From: an uncultured Hellea sp.
GTDB lineage: Bacteria > Pseudomonadota > Alphaproteobacteria > Caulobacterales > Maricaulaceae
Length of the DNA stretch: 39,895 nucleotides
Direction: 5' to 3'
Assembly (NCBI GenBank): GCA_964418815.1
Contig: CAYQNQ010000003.1
Coordinates: 5,528-45,422 of the forward strand
In this document: piece after piece, positions 16,646 to 24,757 of the stretch
Layout: every line of letters begins with the position of its first letter
Position numbering within the stretch: the first letter of the stretch is position 1
Position numbers and translations under genes: made by a program
Notes under the pieces: model-generated
The model's input: the letters and a program-made list of their open reading frames with translations, nothing else
The model's database searches: none
What the model was told of the DNA's origin: nothing

Positions 16646-16680
16646 AGAGCGTCTGTATACCCGCTAAATGGGAGACAGGC

Positions 16681-17973
16681 ATGACGCGCAATGATGGACA
16701 ATCAAAGACCCCGGAGCCTCCGGACCGAGTCAGGGTCAGTAAAGGCCGTCTGCGACTGCGGCGCTTCTTGACCTTTGTTTTGCCGCTTCTTATTATTTTC
16801 GGGGCTGGGGCTGGGTCATATGTCCTGGCTTCCTTGAAGCCCGAACCCGAGGAAAAAGAAGAAGCCGTCAAAGCGCTATCTGTGCTCGTCTCAGAGGCCA
16901 AATTAGAAAATGTTACGCTCAGTATATCAGCGCAGGGCGAAGTTCAGCCGCGATCTCAAATCAACCTTGTCCCTCAGGTCACAGGCGTCCTGACTCATAT
17001 GTCTCCAAAATTTATTGAGGGCGGTGCTTTCAGAAAGGGCGAGCTTTTAGCGCAAATAGAACCGGCCGAATATGAAATGCGTGTGGTTCAGGCGCGGGCC
17101 AATGTGGCGCAGGCGGAAACGGTGGTTTCCCGGGAACAATCCGAACGGGAAATCGCGCGTCGGGACTGGGAAGAGCTCGGAAGCGGCGGCGCGCCGTCTG
17201 CTTTAACTTTACGCGAGCCTCAGATGGCCGAAGCGGCGGCGCGGCTTGCAGCCGCAAAAGCACAACTTTCAGAAGCGGAACTGCATTTACAAAGAACAAA
17301 AATTTATGCGCCTTTTTCCGGCCGGGTTATTTCCCGAAGGGTCAGTCAGGGCGGCTACGTGACCACGGGACAGCAAATAGGCGAAATTTACAGCACGGAT
17401 ATTATGGATGTGCGCTTGCCGCTTACCAATCAGGACTTAGGCCGTGCTGGGCTCTCCCTGGGGTATTCAGCCAGATCCGGCGCTGGCATAAAAGTGGACC
17501 TTAGCGCAGATGTCGCGGGCGAAGCTGCGTTTTGGCAAGGCGAAATTGTTCGGACGGATAGCCGATTTGATCCCGAAACCCGCGTGCTGTTTGCATATGT
17601 AGAGGTTCGAAATCCGTTTGGGAAATCTGTATCCGGCAATATTCCTTTGGCGCCGGGAATTTATGTGGACGCGAAAATAACCGGTGAAAATGTCAGCGAT
17701 GCCATCACAATTCCAAGATCGGGTCTTCGCGGAAAAAATCAGGTATATATTGCAAGAGCTGACGAAACTATTGAAGTCCGGGCAGTCGCGGTCAGGGCGA
17801 CCGATCGAGACAAGGCTATTATCCTGTCCGGACTCTCTGAGGGCGAATGGGTTGTGACTTCGCCCATTCGGGGCGCCGTAACCGGTATGTCCATCGATAT
17901 TCCCAATTACACCAGCCCCGAACCGAAGATGGACGAAAAGTCCGATGACGCTTCAGCTGAAATGGGAGAATAG
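16681..17973 (+). CDS. Efflux RND transporter periplasmic adaptor (membrane fusion protein)
   Basis: 430 aa with an N-terminal TM anchor. It has the lipoyl/alpha-hairpin pattern (...LAQIEPAEYEMRVVQARANVAQAE...LHLQRTKIYAPFSGRV). It lies directly upstream of the RND pump gene. Confidence 0.85.
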   Translation: MTRNDGQSKTPEPPDRVRVSKGRLRLRRFLTFVLPLLIIFGAGAGSYVLASLKPEPEEKEEAVKALSVLVSEAKLENVTLSISAQGEVQPRSQINLVPQVTGVLTHMSPKFIEGGAFRKGELLAQIEPAEYEMRVVQARANVAQAETVVSREQSEREIARRDWEELGSGGAPSALTLREPQMAEAAARLAAAKAQLSEAELHLQRTKIYAPFSGRVISRRVSQGGYVTTGQQIGEIYSTDIMDVRLPLTNQDLGRAGLSLGYSARSGAGIKVDLSADVAGEAAFWQGEIVRTDSRFDPETRVLFAYVEVRNPFGKSVSGNIPLAPGIYVDAKITGENVSDAITIPRSGLRGKNQVYIARADETIEVRAVAVRATDRDKAIILSGLSEGEWVVTSPIRGAVTGMSIDIPNYTSPEPKMDEKSDDASAEMGE

Positions 17974-17975
17974 AC

Positions 17976-20900
17976 ATGCGCTCAATCGTTAAGTGGTGGG
18001 CGAGCAATGCCGTGGCCGCAAATCTGGCGATGTTGATCTTATTGGTTGGCGGCTTTGTCAGTTTTATTCAAATCGAACGCGAAACCATTCCTTATATCGA
18101 GATACCGGGGGCTCAGGTTGCCGTTTCGTGGCCGGGCGCATCCCCCCAAGATGTTGAGGAACAAATTGTCGTTCGAATGGAGGAAGCCTTTACCCAGGTT
18201 CCCGAGGTACACCGTATTTGGTCCGAAGCGAGAGAAGGCTTCGGCGTGGTGGTCGTTCAGGCTAAAAGCAATGTCGATAAAGATAGTTTTTTGCAGGATA
18301 TTCAGCGAAAAATGGACGGGATCAATTCTCTTCCGCCCGCTGCCGAGAGACCTCAGTTCAGGATTTTTTCAAGCGACAATGAAATGATACGATTGGCCGT
18401 ATCCGGTGAGGAAAGCGTATCAGAGCGAACTCTGAAAAGATTTGCCGAAAAAACGCGCCGAGAAGTGGCGGGTCTTGATGACGTTCCATCTGTGGAGCTT
18501 TTCGGTGTCCGGGCCGAAGAGGTCTCCATTGAAATATCAGAGGATGCTCTTCGGCAATACGGCTTGACCTTTCAGGAAGTCGCGGGCGCCATAAGAGGAA
18601 CATCCGTCAATTCGTCGTCCGGTCTGGTAAGAACCAACACCGGCAATATGCAGCTGCGCATGCGCAAGCAGGCGGACTCTCGTGAAGAGTTCGAAAATAT
18701 TACGGTCAAACAACTTAGCAATGGAGCCATCATCAAAGTCAGCGATATCGCCAAAGTCGATGACGGCTTTGAGCAGGTCAATCTATTGGCTACCGTCAAC
18801 GGTAAACGCACTATTCTCGTTCAAGTGATGAGCGGGCCCAATATGGATATTACAAAAATGTCTCGTAATGTTCATGACTATGTCGACGAGCTTGGCGGGC
18901 AAATTCCGGACGGTATATCGATCTCGTTCTGGGATGACCAAGTCGACATGTATCAAGGGCAAGTCGATACAATTATGCGAAATTTTTTGAGCGGCATCAT
19001 ATTGGTGTGTCTGACGTTAATGTTGTTTCTGCGGCCCATCATTGCGTTTTGGGTATCGGTGGGAATCGCGACGGCTTTTGCCGGAGGCTTAGCCTTCCTG
19101 CCTTTGGCAAACGTGTCGCTCAACTTTGTCTCCATATTTTCATTTCTGATGGTGATTGGCGTGATTGTTGATGACGCGATAATTGTTGGCGAGGCCATAC
19201 ATTTTAAAACGGAAGAAGGCGAAACCGGTATTGATGCCGCCGTTAATGGAGCGACCATGGTGCTAAAGCCGGTAATCTTCGCTGTTCTGACAACAATGAT
19301 ATTCTTTGCGCCGTGGATGATGGTTTCTGGCGAAATGAGAGAATTCACGCGTGCCATTTCCTTGGTCGTGATCTTTGCTTTGACATTTTCGCTTGTGGAA
19401 TCGCTTTTGATCCTGCCGGCGCATCTGGCGCATTTAAAGCCGGCTAATCCCAAAAGCCGGATTATGAAGTTCCAAAAACGCATAGCCGATTTTTTGGGGA
19501 CAATTGCCGTCCGAATTTATCGGCCACTCGTTATCAAGGCCATCAAATTTAAATGGGTGACAGCCTCTATATTTGTTGCGGTTATGGTTTTATGCGTGAG
19601 CGTTATGGTCAACGGATTTGTCGGTACAGGCTTTTTCCCCGAAGACGAAACCGATCAAGTAGCCATTAATGTCGACCTACCGGAAGGGACGCCTTATTCC
19701 CGGACTCTGGAAGTGCTAAAGCAAATTCAAATTGCTGAGAAAAATCTTGAAGAAGAAATAGAAGCGGACGGCGGTGAGCTTATTGAAAACTGGTATACCC
19801 GCTCTCGTGACAATCAGGTCCTTGCCCTGGTCAAGCTGGTGCCGCCGGAAACAAGGTCACTCAGCGTAAAAGACACCGCGGAAAGACTGCGCGAACTCAT
19901 AGGCGATGTTCCTGACGCCGAAGCGATTTCAGTCTCTTACGGCAACAATAATAATGGTCCGTCGATCCAATATGTATTAAACGCCACGTCATTTGAGGCT
20001 TTGAATACGGCCGGGGCGGATCTGATGGAAAAGCTTCGTAGTTATGAAGGTGTGTTTAACGTCGTCAATGATCTGGAAAGCGCAGCGGAAGAAGTTCAGT
20101 TTGATCTCAAGCCCGGCGCAGAAGCCCTCGGCATAACCCATGCCGAGGTTGCCCGGCAAATCCGTCAGGGCTTCTTCGGTGAAGAGGTTCAGCGTCTCTC
20201 AAGAGACGGCGAAGACGTTCGCGTCTATGTTCGTTATCCGCGGACAGACCGGGAATCCCTTGATTTTCTCAATTCAATTCGCGTGCGGACTGGGGACGGT
20301 AGAGAGCTTCCGCTAAACTCTGTTGCTGATCTCAGGTTTGAAAAAGGCACGAACCGCATTTTACGCCGCGAAAGACAACGGGCTATTGTTATCAGCGCCG
20401 AGGCGCCGTCCGAACGGGTCAAAGAGATACGAGAACAGCTGGAAGAGTCCTATTTTCCGCAGTTTGATAAACGGCATCCGACCGTGACCCGAGGCAATAT
20501 TGGTGCCTCTCAAGGGGAAAACGAATTTATGGCCGAGCTTCTGGGAAAGCTTTATCCGATTGCGCTTGTTCTGGCCTATGTTCTTATTGCAATTTCGTTC
20601 AGATCCTATTTCGAACCGATCTTGATTTTACTGGCAGCCATCCCGTTTTGCTATTGCGGTATGATAATGGGGCATTTGATAATGGGAAAAGCGATGTCGG
20701 TTTTTTCCCTGCTAGGAATGTTCGCAGCTGCCGGCGTGGCCGTAAATGACAATCTCGTTTTGCTGGATTATGTTCACCGGTTGCGAGACAAAGGAATGGA
20801 TGGCGCTCAGGCCCTGGTTGAAGCGGGCACACGCCGTTTCAGACCTATATTGTTGACTTCTTTGACGACTTTCGTTGGTTTATTGCCTTTGCTTTTTGAT

Positions 20901-21098
20901 CGCTCCCTTCAGGCACAGTCATTGGTTCCAATCGGAATAAGCCTTGCCTTTGGAGTATTGTTCGCGCTCTTTGTGACCTTGTTCTTTGTACCGGCGCTCT
21001 ACGCCATTGGCGCGGATATTCGGCGCGGTCTTTCGACCACAATCAGCGGGATAAGGCACCCCGGCTTTGCGGATAGACTGGCCGCGCGAAACGCCTGA
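17976..21098 (+). CDS. Efflux RND transporter permease (AcrB/AcrD/AcrF superfamily)
   Basis: 1040 aa. It shows 12-TM topology with two large periplasmic loops, conserved TM4-type VIGVIVDDAIIVGE, and a second-half repeat AAGVAVNDNLVLLD. Confidence 0.9.
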   Translation: MRSIVKWWASNAVAANLAMLILLVGGFVSFIQIERETIPYIEIPGAQVAVSWPGASPQDVEEQIVVRMEEAFTQVPEVHRIWSEAREGFGVVVVQAKSNVDKDSFLQDIQRKMDGINSLPPAAERPQFRIFSSDNEMIRLAVSGEESVSERTLKRFAEKTRREVAGLDDVPSVELFGVRAEEVSIEISEDALRQYGLTFQEVAGAIRGTSVNSSSGLVRTNTGNMQLRMRKQADSREEFENITVKQLSNGAIIKVSDIAKVDDGFEQVNLLATVNGKRTILVQVMSGPNMDITKMSRNVHDYVDELGGQIPDGISISFWDDQVDMYQGQVDTIMRNFLSGIILVCLTLMLFLRPIIAFWVSVGIATAFAGGLAFLPLANVSLNFVSIFSFLMVIGVIVDDAIIVGEAIHFKTEEGETGIDAAVNGATMVLKPVIFAVLTTMIFFAPWMMVSGEMREFTRAISLVVIFALTFSLVESLLILPAHLAHLKPANPKSRIMKFQKRIADFLGTIAVRIYRPLVIKAIKFKWVTASIFVAVMVLCVSVMVNGFVGTGFFPEDETDQVAINVDLPEGTPYSRTLEVLKQIQIAEKNLEEEIEADGGELIENWYTRSRDNQVLALVKLVPPETRSLSVKDTAERLRELIGDVPDAEAISVSYGNNNNGPSIQYVLNATSFEALNTAGADLMEKLRSYEGVFNVVNDLESAAEEVQFDLKPGAEALGITHAEVARQIRQGFFGEEVQRLSRDGEDVRVYVRYPRTDRESLDFLNSIRVRTGDGRELPLNSVADLRFEKGTNRILRRERQRAIVISAEAPSERVKEIREQLEESYFPQFDKRHPTVTRGNIGASQGENEFMAELLGKLYPIALVLAYVLIAISFRSYFEPILILLAAIPFCYCGMIMGHLIMGKAMSVFSLLGMFAAAGVAVNDNLVLLDYVHRLRDKGMDGAQALVEAGTRRFRPILLTSLTTFVGLLPLLFDRSLQAQSLVPIGISLAFGVLFALFVTLFFVPALYAIGADIRRGLSTTISGIRHPGFADRLAARNA

Positions 21099-21100
21099 GG

Positions 21101-22567
21101 CTAAGAAGTGGTCTCGGCGGTTTCAGCTGTTTTGAAACCTCTGCGTTCCATGGCGCCCCAGCTGGCCTTTTTATTGGTGAAATGTTGATACACACCTTTC
21201 ATGCGCCAGAACGAACTCATCTGGCGATACCCAAAGTTTTCGATGGTTGCGACGAGCAGCAAGGTGATCAAATGGCGGGGTTTGTGAAACCGCTCAATTT
21301 CGTCCTGCTCGATAAAGATCGCCATAGTGCTGATGAATATACCGAAGCTGAAAATGAGCGCCGTATAGGCCAGAAAATATTTCACGCTAAGCCAGCCCAG
21401 CAAAACAAATATTGGCATCAAAAGCAGACCTAAAAGTTCCACAACGGGACCAATAATATCGACCAGTAAAAAGAGCGGCATTGTCAACATACCGAGGCGT
21501 CCAAACCGCGGATTAAACAGCATATATCGGTGGCGCGACAGACATTCGATTGCGCCTCTTTGCCAGCGCACTCTTTGGCGGCCGAGAACTTTGAGGTTTT
21601 CCGGAACTTCGGTCCAGCAGACGGGTTCGGGAATATACATCACTTCGTAAGGGTCGCCCAGATCGTGCATGTAATTGTGCATTTTCAAAACGAGTTCGAG
21701 ATCTTCACCCACGGTGGAGGTATCATAGCCGCCGACTTCGACAGCTATTTCGCGTCTGAATATGCCAAATGCCCCGGATATCAATGTGAGCGTGCCTTTG
21801 CGGCTGGCGGCCAGACGGGCCATTAAAAAGGCGCGAATATATTCTACGACTTGAATACGGGCCAAAAATTTCTTTGGAATGTCATAGTGTTCGACATGAC
21901 CGTTTCGGATTGTGCAACCATTGACAATTCCGATGGTGCCGCCAACGGCGATGACGTTCTTCGACGATTCAATAAAAGGGCGAACCGCTTTTAGCAGGGC
22001 GTTCGGATCCAGAAGAGAATCTGCATCGATGACGCAAAACAGCGGTGTGCGCACGCAGGTCAGACCTGCGTTAATGGCATCGGCCTTTTTCCCGTTTTCT
22101 TTATCCAGCAAGATCAGATTGGGATATTTGTCCGAGCCGTATATCTGTTTGATGGGTTTATGGGTGATATTCCCAACATCTCTGACCCGGTTAATCGGGT
22201 GCATTTCAAAGGCATTGATCATTTTCTCTGCCGTATCGTCAGAAGATCCGTCATTAATGACCACTATTTGAAAGTCAGGGTAATGGAGATTGAGCAGGGC
22301 CATAACGCTTTCGCGAATAGTAGCTTCTTCATTATAGGCCGGCACGACGATTGAGATCGGCAGGAAGGTTTCAGATCTTAAGAGCTCCCACTCTGCATGA
22401 CCATCGTCCTTTTGAGACCTTTCATTAATCTCCAGCCAGGCATGAGGAATGCTCCATGCATATACAATATTCTGGATCAGCCCCACAAGAATAATCAGGA
22501 CTGACAAGACTATGATCGTCGTTTGAGCCCAAGGGGGGAGATAAATAGCCTGTTGAAACACGAGCAT
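21101..22567 (-). CDS. Processive family-2 glycosyltransferase / polysaccharide synthase (PgaC/IcaA/NodC-like)
   Basis: 488 aa. It has an N-terminal TM, then ISIVVPAYNEE, INDGSSDDT, a DAD (DxD), GEDLEL, and QRVRWQRG (the Q-x-x-R-W motif of processive synthases). C-terminal TM helices follow. I see no PilZ-like domain. Confidence 0.85.
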   Translation of the reverse strand: MLVFQQAIYLPPWAQTTIIVLSVLIILVGLIQNIVYAWSIPHAWLEINERSQKDDGHAEWELLRSETFLPISIVVPAYNEEATIRESVMALLNLHYPDFQIVVINDGSSDDTAEKMINAFEMHPINRVRDVGNITHKPIKQIYGSDKYPNLILLDKENGKKADAINAGLTCVRTPLFCVIDADSLLDPNALLKAVRPFIESSKNVIAVGGTIGIVNGCTIRNGHVEHYDIPKKFLARIQVVEYIRAFLMARLAASRKGTLTLISGAFGIFRREIAVEVGGYDTSTVGEDLELVLKMHNYMHDLGDPYEVMYIPEPVCWTEVPENLKVLGRQRVRWQRGAIECLSRHRYMLFNPRFGRLGMLTMPLFLLVDIIGPVVELLGLLLMPIFVLLGWLSVKYFLAYTALIFSFGIFISTMAIFIEQDEIERFHKPRHLITLLLVATIENFGYRQMSSFWRMKGVYQHFTNKKASWGAMERRGFKTAETAETTS

Positions 22568-22569
22568 GA

Positions 22570-23784
22570 TCAGCGCTCTTTCATCACGTCAACGGCCAGA
22601 TCGCCAACGGCGTCAGGCTGTCTGGATATCACCCGAACGAGTGTCTCGCCGGATTGACCGGAATTCAAGGCGGCCTGCATGGCCCAGTACCGAACCCACA
22701 TAAACGGGTCTCTCATAAGGCGGTAAATATCGGCAAAGCAGTCTGTGCGCTTTTGCCGGGCTGCAATTTTTAAAGATCTGATTTTAACCTTGCGGCTGTG
22801 ATCCGTAAGCCCTTCCAGCAGCAGGTCCGATTGCCCCGAGTTCTGGCTGATTGTGGAAAGCTCGACAGCGGCGGCGCGCACCCGCTCATCACGGTGTTGA
22901 ATAAAGCTGCCGAGCTCCAGATCAAAATGCTCGGGCCTTAACAATATCAGGGTTTCCAGAACACCGGATATGATCGTCGGGTTTTGGCTGCGAATTGCCA
23001 TGGACTGTATGCGCGGAATGGCGTCCTGACCAAAACGGCTCAAGACATCTGCGAGAATTTTTTCGTCTTTCGGGAACGCAAAGGTCAGAGCCTCACAAAC
23101 TTCAGAAATAAGGCTTTGTACTTCGCGCCGAGCAATACAGCGCGCAACGCTTAAACGGACATATTTGTCACTGGAATATAGATGATTACAGATGGTTTTA
23201 AGAGACGAGCTCGTATCCAGAAAAGACAAGACATGGAAGGCCCGCATGCGTTTACCGCGATTGCCCCATGTTATCGCCGCTTGTACCACCTTTTCCAAGT
23301 TAAGGCGCTCGACAATGGTTTTGAGCTTTTCGGCATCATCGCCTTTGACCATCTTGAAATATTTCAAAAGGCCGGCCGTAACGGCGGTGCGGTCAGACCG
23401 AATATCCGAGGGTAGCGTTATATTTTTTGGAAGATCTTTTTCCGCAAGCAGCTCTCGAAGGTAGGATTCAAACCGGACCTGCCGGCTTTGAATTTGAAAC
23501 TGTTTTTTATTGCGTCTGACTCGGCGAATACTCAGCCAAAGGGCCACGCCGAGTGACGAGAGGATCAAACATGCCGAAATACACCAGAGGGTGAATAACA
23601 GGACGTTCTCAATATTTTTGAGTAAGTCCAACATTAAAGCCGTCCCGTATGTAAACACCTTTTCTGTTATCGAGAGAATAAGTGCCGTGAATGTTAGTAT
23701 TATCGCTAAGTTGATAAGAGAGCCCGCCAAACACGCTTTCCGTACTGATAGCGACGCCGTCAACGGTTTCAGGGGCGTTGGCAT
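22570..23784 (-). CDS. Membrane-anchored HEAT-repeat protein (alternative start at 23634)
   Basis: 404 aa from the ATG at 23784, which overlaps the upstream gene by 176 nt. From the ATG at 23634 it is 354 aa with a 26-nt overlap. It has one or two N-terminal TM helices followed by RRVRRNKK (cytoplasmic side). Repeated HEAT/PBS-lyase-like units follow (DKYVRLSVARCIA, DERVRAAAVELS, SRKVKIRSLKIAA, FMWVRYWAMQAAL). Confidence 0.7.
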   Translation of the reverse strand: MPTPLKPLTASLSVRKACLAGSLINLAIILTFTALILSITEKVFTYGTALMLDLLKNIENVLLFTLWCISACLILSSLGVALWLSIRRVRRNKKQFQIQSRQVRFESYLRELLAEKDLPKNITLPSDIRSDRTAVTAGLLKYFKMVKGDDAEKLKTIVERLNLEKVVQAAITWGNRGKRMRAFHVLSFLDTSSSLKTICNHLYSSDKYVRLSVARCIARREVQSLISEVCEALTFAFPKDEKILADVLSRFGQDAIPRIQSMAIRSQNPTIISGVLETLILLRPEHFDLELGSFIQHRDERVRAAAVELSTISQNSGQSDLLLEGLTDHSRKVKIRSLKIAARQKRTDCFADIYRLMRDPFMWVRYWAMQAALNSGQSGETLVRVISRQPDAVGDLAVDVMKER

Positions 23785-24757
23785 AACCTAAACGCGCGCT
23801 TAGCCTATCAGTGACAGGCGTGAGACCCGAGAACAGAAATCCGGTTTGGTCAGCTTGGCCGTCCTGCATGACATGGATCAGGCGGCTCGTGAAAACCATA
23901 CCGTTGTCCAGATAAGCCACAAGTTCCGGCGTGACCTGATGGACATCACCAGTCAGGCCATAATCATCGAACTGGTAACCGACGGAGGAGTGAATAATCG
24001 TGTCATTGCCCAGATCGAACTTATAGCCAACGCGGCCAAGGCCCGTGAAATCCGCTCTGAAATCGGCATCCGGCGTGAATCCAGCGCCGATTTCCCAGTT
24101 AAAGTCACTGTTTGAGTTAGATCTTAGACCGGCCATGAACTGAAGGTCATTGAGACCAAATCGTTCATATCGGCTTGCCGATCCGAAAACTGCAAAGCGG
24201 CCCGGAACATACTCAACACGCACGGACTGGGTGTTCCAATCCGCCTGACCATTATTAAAGGAGCTGATTTCGCTGCTCGCATCAATGCGCCAATTATAAT
24301 CTGTGCCGAGTTTATCGGCTCTGGCTCCGGCCACACGTTTCAGGCCCTTTCGCGCGTCCTCATATCCGGGATAGTTTTCAAGAACTTGATTGAAATAATA
24401 TTCAGCCTGATCCAGGTCTTCGCGATAATATTCCAGATATCCGTATCCGTTCTGGATGTCGGGATTACCGGGGTAAGCCGTGAGAAGACTTTCATATTCT
24501 GCGGCTGAAGCTTCATGATCGCCCGCCCAGGCTAGGATACGCGCCCGCGTAAAACGGACATCATAGCTTTGTTTAACGTCATATGGCTGCTGACTTATCA
24601 GTTCCAGCGCCGCCGCATGTTTTTCATCGCCGGCTAAGACTAGGGCCTGGGCTGAAATATCTTCAGGCGTACTGGCATAAGCCCATAATGGTAAAAGGAC
24701 CGCAAACGCTGTTCCCAGGAGTATGGCTTGTCCAAACTTTCTAAATTTACGCAGCAT
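23609..24757 (-). CDS. Outer-membrane protein: N-terminal TPR repeats + YaiO-like beta-barrel
   Basis: 382 aa. Signal peptide ends ...LWAYA/S. TPR-like helices include (AAEYESLLTAYPGNPDIQNGYGYLEYYREDLDQAEYYFNQVLENYPGYEDA). The C-terminal ~230 aa show an alternating beta-strand pattern ending in ...VGLTQKY (terminal aromatic). The YaiO family assignment is from memory of TIGR04390-type annotations. Confidence 0.7.
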   Translation of the reverse strand: MLRKFRKFGQAILLGTAFAVLLPLWAYASTPEDISAQALVLAGDEKHAAALELISQQPYDVKQSYDVRFTRARILAWAGDHEASAAEYESLLTAYPGNPDIQNGYGYLEYYREDLDQAEYYFNQVLENYPGYEDARKGLKRVAGARADKLGTDYNWRIDASSEISSFNNGQADWNTQSVRVEYVPGRFAVFGSASRYERFGLNDLQFMAGLRSNSNSDFNWEIGAGFTPDADFRADFTGLGRVGYKFDLGNDTIIHSSVGYQFDDYGLTGDVHQVTPELVAYLDNGMVFTSRLIHVMQDGQADQTGFLFSGLTPVTDRLSARLGYANAPETVDGVAISTESVFGGLSYQLSDNTNIHGTYSLDNRKGVYIRDGFNVGLTQKY

